Of a stretch of 30,437 nucleotides of DNA, positions 26,410 through 30,437 are shown piece by piece (the stretch's first letter is position 1; every line of letters starts with the position of its first letter). The notes under the pieces are model-generated. The model had not been told where the DNA came from. It did no database searches and saw nothing but the letters and a program-made list of their open reading frames with translations. The translations under genes were made by a program, and so were the position numbers. The stretch comes from a virus (taxonomy: Duplodnaviria; Caudoviricetes), in IMG/VR virus record IMGVR_UViG_3300030372_004564, positions 1-30,437 of that record, one strand, 5' to 3'.

Positions 26410-26919
26410 CTACCCCACGGGACCCACGTGAGCCAGCCCGAACAGGGCAAGGCAGCCCGCGTCCGACAGCCCGTCGTGGGGCTTGCGGCGTCTACCCCAT
26501 GTAAGGCTAAGCTCCGGCAGCCGAGCGCCCACGAGGGCGACAGAGCGCGCCTTGCCTTCTCCCTGGATGCCTGCGTATACGCTCCGCGTCCATCGAGCCG
26601 AGGAGACCTCCAGCAGCGGCAGGCGGAGCGCGTGAACGATGCCGCTCCAGAGTCCCCAGCCGAATCCCGTAGTGAGGCAGCTCGACCTACCCTCGATAGG
26701 GCGAGCCTGCTGACGCTCAAGGACCACGAGGGCGACCTCTCCGCGCTCTGCTATCTCTTCGAGCACTTGGACCATTCTGCGGACGTTGTAGGCCTTGCCG
26801 GCTACGTAGCCCTCCTCTGGATGGTCGGCGGCTGTCCACTCTGTAGCTGTGGGCCTGCCTGTGATGTCGAGGGCTACGACGCCCCCCTTCTTGCCTGGGT
26901 CGATGCCTATGATCTGCAT
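26410..26919 (-). CDS. RuvC-like Holliday junction resolvase
   Basis: IIGIDPGKKGG, VVLERQ, GFGWG.W, W.R.V, HDGLSDA.CLA.FG; AAGGAGCGACA-ATG RBS on the minus strand. Confidence 0.9.
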   Translation of the reverse strand: MQIIGIDPGKKGGVVALDITGRPTATEWTAADHPEEGYVAGKAYNVRRMVQVLEEIAERGEVALVVLERQQARPIEGRSSCLTTGFGWGLWSGIVHALRLPLLEVSSARWTRSVYAGIQGEGKARSVALVGARLPELSLTWGRRRKPHDGLSDAGCLALFGLAHVGPVG

Positions 26920-26951
26920 TGTCGCTCCTTGATTAGATGTGCCCGCGTAGC

Positions 26952-26996
26952 GGTTCCAACTGATGTCGATTTGGTTACCATATCACAGTTGGAACC
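26952..26996 (-). promoter_or_regulatory. 11-bp inverted repeat enclosing an extended -10 box for the resolvase gene
   Basis: GGTTCCAACTG (26952-62) / CAGTTGGAACC (26986-96); minus-strand TG-A-TATGGT at 26985-26977. Confidence 0.6.
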
Positions 26997-27015
26997 ACCC
27001 CCGAAAACACCGCGC

Positions 27016-27181
27016 GCGCCACTCGATCACGGCGATCGGATCAAATGTGATCACTTTCTATTCGATGCACTGCGCTGTAATGTCGATATAAATGGTGCAA
27101 AAGTGGCGCACGTTAGCTGTGCACGGATTAAGCTATGGTCATGAGGCGGGGAGATAAACCAACCCCACCAAAGGAGCGGCT
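27016..27181 (+). promoter_or_regulatory. Promoter cassette P4
   Basis: GCGCCACTCGATCAC; GATC x4; TCTATTCGATGCACTGCGCTG; operator TTAGCTGTGCACGGATTA (27113-30); -10 TAAGCT; GGGG-AGATAAACCAA-CCCC; GGAGCGGC. Confidence 0.8.
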
Positions 27182-27352
27182 ATGACTAAGACCCAGACAC
27201 TCTCGAACGGAACTGCAATCACCTTCACTATCGTCAAGTGCTTTCCCGTCGATGGTAACCGCGTGAGTCACGACTACCGGGTCAAGGTCTCTCGTCCAGA
27301 CGGTGGCAGCTACACGGTCAACATGGCGCAGTCCGCCTGGAACCGCATTTGA
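27182..27352 (+). CDS. Hypothetical protein (56 aa, not in the ORF track)
   Basis: MTKTQTLSNGTAITFTIVKCFPVDGNRVSHDYRVKVSRPDGGSYTVNMAQSAWNRI after AAGGAGCGGCT; ends just before a hairpin repeat. Confidence 0.8.
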   Translation: MTKTQTLSNGTAITFTIVKCFPVDGNRVSHDYRVKVSRPDGGSYTVNMAQSAWNRI

Positions 27353-27359
27353 GCAATTA

Positions 27360-27389
27360 CAGCCCCCGCAAGGGGGCAAGGAGCGACAC
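27360..27389 (+). repeat. Hairpin-RBS repeat copy 5
   Basis: CAGCCCCCGCAAGGGGGCAAGGAGCGACAC. Confidence 0.95.
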
Positions 27390-27390
27390 T

Positions 27391-27591
27391 ATGCACTATC
27401 GAGCCATCATAACAGGCCGACACCCTCATCCATCAGTCAACGGTCTCAGCGCGTGCGCTGTCAAGTGTCCCGGCTGCGGCCTCCGTCGCGTCGTTACTTA
27501 TGGCGGATGGAGCGCTATCGGCTGTCGCTGCGGCGCTACGCTGCACCGCTTCCAGAAGCAGGTCGACGCAGCCCAGAAGGGTGAGGCATGA
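27391..27591 (+). CDS. Small Zn-ribbon protein (66 aa)
   Basis: CPGC...CRCG; GGAGCGAC RBS. Confidence 0.8.
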   Translation: MHYRAIITGRHPHPSVNGLSACAVKCPGCGLRRVVTYGGWSAIGCRCGATLHRFQKQVDAAQKGEA

Positions 27592-27863
27592 AGAATCCAT
27601 ACCAGGACATCTCGCGGCTCTTCCGTGAGCTTGCAGACGCCTTCGAGGCCCTGGACCAGCAGGTGACACGCCGGCAGGACTACCAGAGCCGGGGGTATCG
27701 CTCTCTGGCCTCTCAGATGGGGATTGGCACAGTGCACGATCACGGAGTCAAGCTCACCCCATCAGAGTATGCACAGCTCAAGCGCGAGGAGAAGAGGCGA
27801 GCCGAGGCAGGACAGCCAGAGCCAGAGCCTCAGACCTTCATCAGCTACGCGGAGACGACGTAA
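27588..27863 (+). CDS. Hypothetical protein (91 aa)
   Basis: ATGA coupling, GAGG upstream. Confidence 0.75.
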   Translation: MKNPYQDISRLFRELADAFEALDQQVTRRQDYQSRGYRSLASQMGIGTVHDHGVKLTPSEYAQLKREEKRRAEAGQPEPEPQTFISYAETT

Positions 27864-27991
27864 TGCGGACGAATCCTGACCTCATCCGCGAGGCTATCGC
27901 CTGTAGCATTTTCACGGCCGGAATCCTTGCGGCCATCATCGCAGCCCCGCGAATAGCGTACTGGCTGCACATCAACGGGGCGACACCATGA
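27863..27991 (+). CDS. Small membrane peptide (42 aa, not in the ORF track)
   Basis: MRTNPDLIREAIACSIFTAGILAAIIAAPRIAYWLHINGATP; coupled at both ends (TAATG, ATGA); GGAG RBS. Confidence 0.7.
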   Translation: MRTNPDLIREAIACSIFTAGILAAIIAAPRIAYWLHINGATP

Positions 27992-28686
27992 CAACCAAGA
28001 AGAAGACCACCCTTGCCACGGCGCTGGCTGCGGCTCAAGCGAGCGCGGACAGGATCGACAAGGACAGCCGGAACGACTTCGCGCGGTACGACTACACCAG
28101 CGCAGAGGCTCTGATGTCTATGTGGACGAAGATAGGCGAGGCTCACGGGCTCAGCCTGTACCCGGCAGCGCTCAACATTGAAGGGGGCGTCCTTCGCACA
28201 TGCTGGATTCTTGAGCATGCCGAGAGCGGAGGGGCGAGGGAGATCCGTATGGACTGGCCCATCGTCGAAGCGAAGGGAAAGCCGATGGACAAGGCAGTCG
28301 CCAGCGCTCGCACATCGAGCCTCGGCTATCTCATCCGCGACCTACTCATCGCGCCCCGCGTCCATCCCACAGACGACATGGATCACCCCCGATGGAGCAT
28401 GGGCGACAAGGAGCCCCAGAAGGCCCAGAGACAGCCCGCAGCCAATAAGGCGAGCCCTACACCTCCAGCGGGCAACGGATGGCCACACAAGTACGTAGAG
28501 GCGCTTCTATCGGCTCCAGGCCAGCCCACGCCTGACGAGGTCGCGCAGATAGTGCGAAAGGTGAGTCGAGGCGGCGACGATGTCGCTACCCTGCCGGCTA
28601 ATCGGGTGCAGCGCTTGATCGCCAAGTTCATTCCATCTGAAGCAGGGCAAGAGATGCTCGCGCAAGTCCGAGGAGGTGCGGCTTGA
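27988..28686 (+). CDS. erf: ERF-family single-strand annealing recombinase
   Basis: LATALAAAQ.....IDKDSRNDF.RYDY.S.E, HGL, LEHAESG, AVASARTS...Y.IRDLL, DDMD. Confidence 0.85.
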   Translation: MTTKKKTTLATALAAAQASADRIDKDSRNDFARYDYTSAEALMSMWTKIGEAHGLSLYPAALNIEGGVLRTCWILEHAESGGAREIRMDWPIVEAKGKPMDKAVASARTSSLGYLIRDLLIAPRVHPTDDMDHPRWSMGDKEPQKAQRQPAANKASPTPPAGNGWPHKYVEALLSAPGQPTPDEVAQIVRKVSRGGDDVATLPANRVQRLIAKFIPSEAGQEMLAQVRGGAA

Positions 28687-28865
28687 TTCCCAGAGAAGAC
28701 GAGAGCACCAAGATCATGAGGATTGGCGGCGCCTGGATTGTTGTCGAGCTTGAGAACGGGATCGCCACAGTGGTTGCGGGGCATGACCTCGCGGCCCACG
28801 ATGGGCAGGTAATGTTCTCTATTGACACAGAGACCGGCCTTATTCTCAAGCAGGGGGAGTCATGA
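28683..28865 (+). CDS. Hypothetical protein (60 aa)
   Basis: AGGAGGT RBS; TTG start overlapping the erf stop. Confidence 0.6.
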   Translation: MIPREDESTKIMRIGGAWIVVELENGIATVVAGHDLAAHDGQVMFSIDTETGLILKQGES

Positions 28866-29053
28866 GGACGCACAAGGCATCGACTACCCTGAGCGATACG
28901 GAGGCTTACCGCCTCGACGGGATGTGCCGAAAGCTCGGCGTCACCCGGTCAGAATTCATCCGTCAGCTCGTGCTCATCGCCATAGGGGCGCCAGAGCTTC
29001 GAGCGACAATCAAGGAGGCCATGAAGGCCCATCTAAGGAGCGACACACCATGA
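28862..29053 (+). CDS. Ribbon-helix-helix (CopG-like) DNA-binding protein
   Basis: KASTTLSD.E..RLD.MC.KLGVTRSEFIRQLV. Confidence 0.8.
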   Translation: MRTHKASTTLSDTEAYRLDGMCRKLGVTRSEFIRQLVLIAIGAPELRATIKEAMKAHLRSDTP

Positions 29054-29394
29054 ACACCACCCAGGGCACTGTCTACCTGATCGAGGAGACCCGTAAGGTC
29101 TCAGAGCGATTCAGGGTCAGAGAGTTTGTCGTCGAGATAGCCGACAATTCCAAGTATCCGCAGCTGGTCAAATTCCAGGTCACTAACGACCTCTGCGGAC
29201 TGCTCGATAACTGTCAAGCGGGCGACATTGTCGCGCTTGAGTTCAACCTCAGAGGGCGCGAATGGACGAGCCCGAAGGACGGAAAGGTTAAATACTTTAA
29301 CTCTCTCGATGTGCGGGCTCTTGACGTTATCGCAAGCGGCCCGAATGCCGCAGCGCCCGCCACCAATGACCCACTTGAAGACATCCCTTTCTAA
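29050..29394 (+). CDS. DUF3127-family OB-fold protein, SSB-like
   Basis: FRVREFVVE....KYPQLVKFQ...GDIV..EFNLRGREW...KYFNSL and acidic EDIPF tail; start moved to ATG 29050. Confidence 0.88.
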   Translation: MNTTQGTVYLIEETRKVSERFRVREFVVEIADNSKYPQLVKFQVTNDLCGLLDNCQAGDIVALEFNLRGREWTSPKDGKVKYFNSLDVRALDVIASGPNAAAPATNDPLEDIPF

Positions 29395-29405
29395 GGAGCG
29401 ACACC

Positions 29406-29891
29406 ATGTCCACAACTGTTGAAGCCAAGATCCAATTCTACGCACAAATCCAGGCCACAGCATCCACACTGATGGAGCTACACGCCCGCATGGATTCATT
29501 TGCTGACGCATTCGCAGAGCTGAACAGAACGCGCATTGAGACGCGCGAGCACATCAAGACGCTCACCGCCAACCTTGAACAGATGATGAGCAGCGCGAAC
29601 GGCAAGGAATACCAGCTATGGAGCGAACTCAGCTTAAAGCCAGAAGTCGAGCCAAGAGGATTGAAGTCTGAGGCTGCCGGGCTCCAGATTATAGCCAGCG
29701 ATGACCGGCGCTCGTATATCAGGAAAGACGCTGCCTGCGAGATGATGGGCTTGTCTATGCATGCTTTCGAGAAGCTCTACAAGTCCGGCCGTCTACAGGT
29801 CCACAAGAAGCAGATCGGCAATAAGTATCCGTATCTCTTCCTCCGTCGAGACATCGAAAACCTAATCGAGCTTGAGCGGGCGGCATCATGA
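29406..29891 (+). CDS. Coiled-coil protein with C-terminal Xis/MerR-like HTH
   Basis: YIRKDAACEMMGLS...FEKLYKSGRL...YLFLRRDIENLI. Confidence 0.7.
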   Translation: MSTTVEAKIQFYAQIQATASTLMELHARMDSFADAFAELNRTRIETREHIKTLTANLEQMMSSANGKEYQLWSELSLKPEVEPRGLKSEAAGLQIIASDDRRSYIRKDAACEMMGLSMHAFEKLYKSGRLQVHKKQIGNKYPYLFLRRDIENLIELERAAS

Positions 29892-30385
29892 GCACAACGA
29901 TCCAGCTACACCAAGAAGCGCGCAGCATCCTCGATCGAATGATGGACCGGGACGGGGCTCTCGATGACGAGGACGAGGTCATCCTTGAGCACTGGGCGAA
30001 TGCGTCAGGAGATAAGATCGAAGCCCTCAGGGCTGTCTATCACCGCGCATCCGCTGAGGCTGAGCACTGGAAGCGCGAAGCAGACAAGGCGGCAGCTCTG
30101 CGGAAGCGGGCCGAGTCGCTGATGGTCTGGACGAAGGCCTCAGGGCTTGATCTAATGCTCGATCGGCTTGAGCTTGGCGAGAGCACATCGATCAAGGGTG
30201 TCGGATACATGCGCTCCTCACCTGCCCTTGTGGCGCCAGAGGACCCCCTGGACTGGCCTGTAGCCTATCTGAGGGAGCAAGCACCCAAGCCAGACAGGCG
30301 CGCAGCCCTGCAGGCCCTGAAGGACGGCAAGGACATAGGAGACGGCTTCAGCATCGAGAATAAACCTGTGATGGTGTACAAGTAG
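29888..30385 (+). CDS. Siphovirus Gp157-family protein
   Basis: KIEAL......AEAE.WKREADK...LRKRAE coiled coil; P.AYLREQ.PKPDRRAALQALKDGKDI. Confidence 0.8.
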   Translation: MSTTIQLHQEARSILDRMMDRDGALDDEDEVILEHWANASGDKIEALRAVYHRASAEAEHWKREADKAAALRKRAESLMVWTKASGLDLMLDRLELGESTSIKGVGYMRSSPALVAPEDPLDWPVAYLREQAPKPDRRAALQALKDGKDIGDGFSIENKPVMVYK

Positions 30386-30436
30386 CGGTTGCTTTGATAG
30401 AGTGGGCGGGCTCATCTGTGGCAGCAGCTCAGCACC
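30339..30436. repeat. Terminal direct repeat, right copy
   Basis: Identical to 1-98. Confidence 0.95.
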
Positions 30437-30437
30437 A

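Noticed and set aside
26392-27144. 250-aa plus-strand ORF
   Set aside because: It is the antisense shadow of the RuvC-like gene and runs through regulatory DNA.
645-27377. GCCCCC-GNRA-GGGGGC hairpins as intrinsic terminators
   Set aside because: No U-tract follows on the plus strand, and four of five lead straight into an RBS.
861-28822. Upstream starts in the ORF track (861, 1777, 3972, 7594, 25896, 27349, 28822)
   Set aside because: Each has an in-frame ATG directly after the GGAGCG(A/G)C motif; the extensions overlap other genes or promoters.

Overview
The window is an apparently complete, circular ~30.3 kb genome of a GC-rich tailed dsDNA phage with siphovirus-type morphogenesis. Bases 1-98 are repeated at 30339-30436, so the unit length is 30,338 bp. 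Gene order: accessory array with an XF1762/Mom-like gene and an RHH protein; replication initiator with internal iterons; loader-like protein; ParB-methyltransferase; TerS; TerL; a two-gene moron; portal-MuF fusion; protease; HK97 capsid; neck; tail tube; chaperone with a probable +1 frameshift; tape measure; tail tip; lysis genes; a one-gene moron; a minus-strand RuvC-like resolvase; and a recombination arm (ERF, RHH, DUF3127 SSB-like, HTH, Gp157). I found no integrase, CI repressor, DNA polymerase, tRNA or CRISPR array. The most striking content is non-coding and looks like one regulatory system. (1) At least 13 genes start with an exact GGAGCGAC motif, and three more carry A-to-G variants. 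(2) A predicted minus-strand small RNA (~26400-26324) displays the complement, GUCGCUCC, at the loop of a 15-bp stem, and the A-to-G variants are the ones G-U pairing tolerates. (3) Four dispersed promoter cassettes share a GATC cluster, an 18-bp palindromic operator beside the -10 box and a leader hairpin. (4) Accessory genes are bounded by repeated GCCCCC-GNRA-GGGGGC hairpins or other direct repeats, like exchangeable gene cassettes. All protein family calls are by-eye motif recognition, not database searches.
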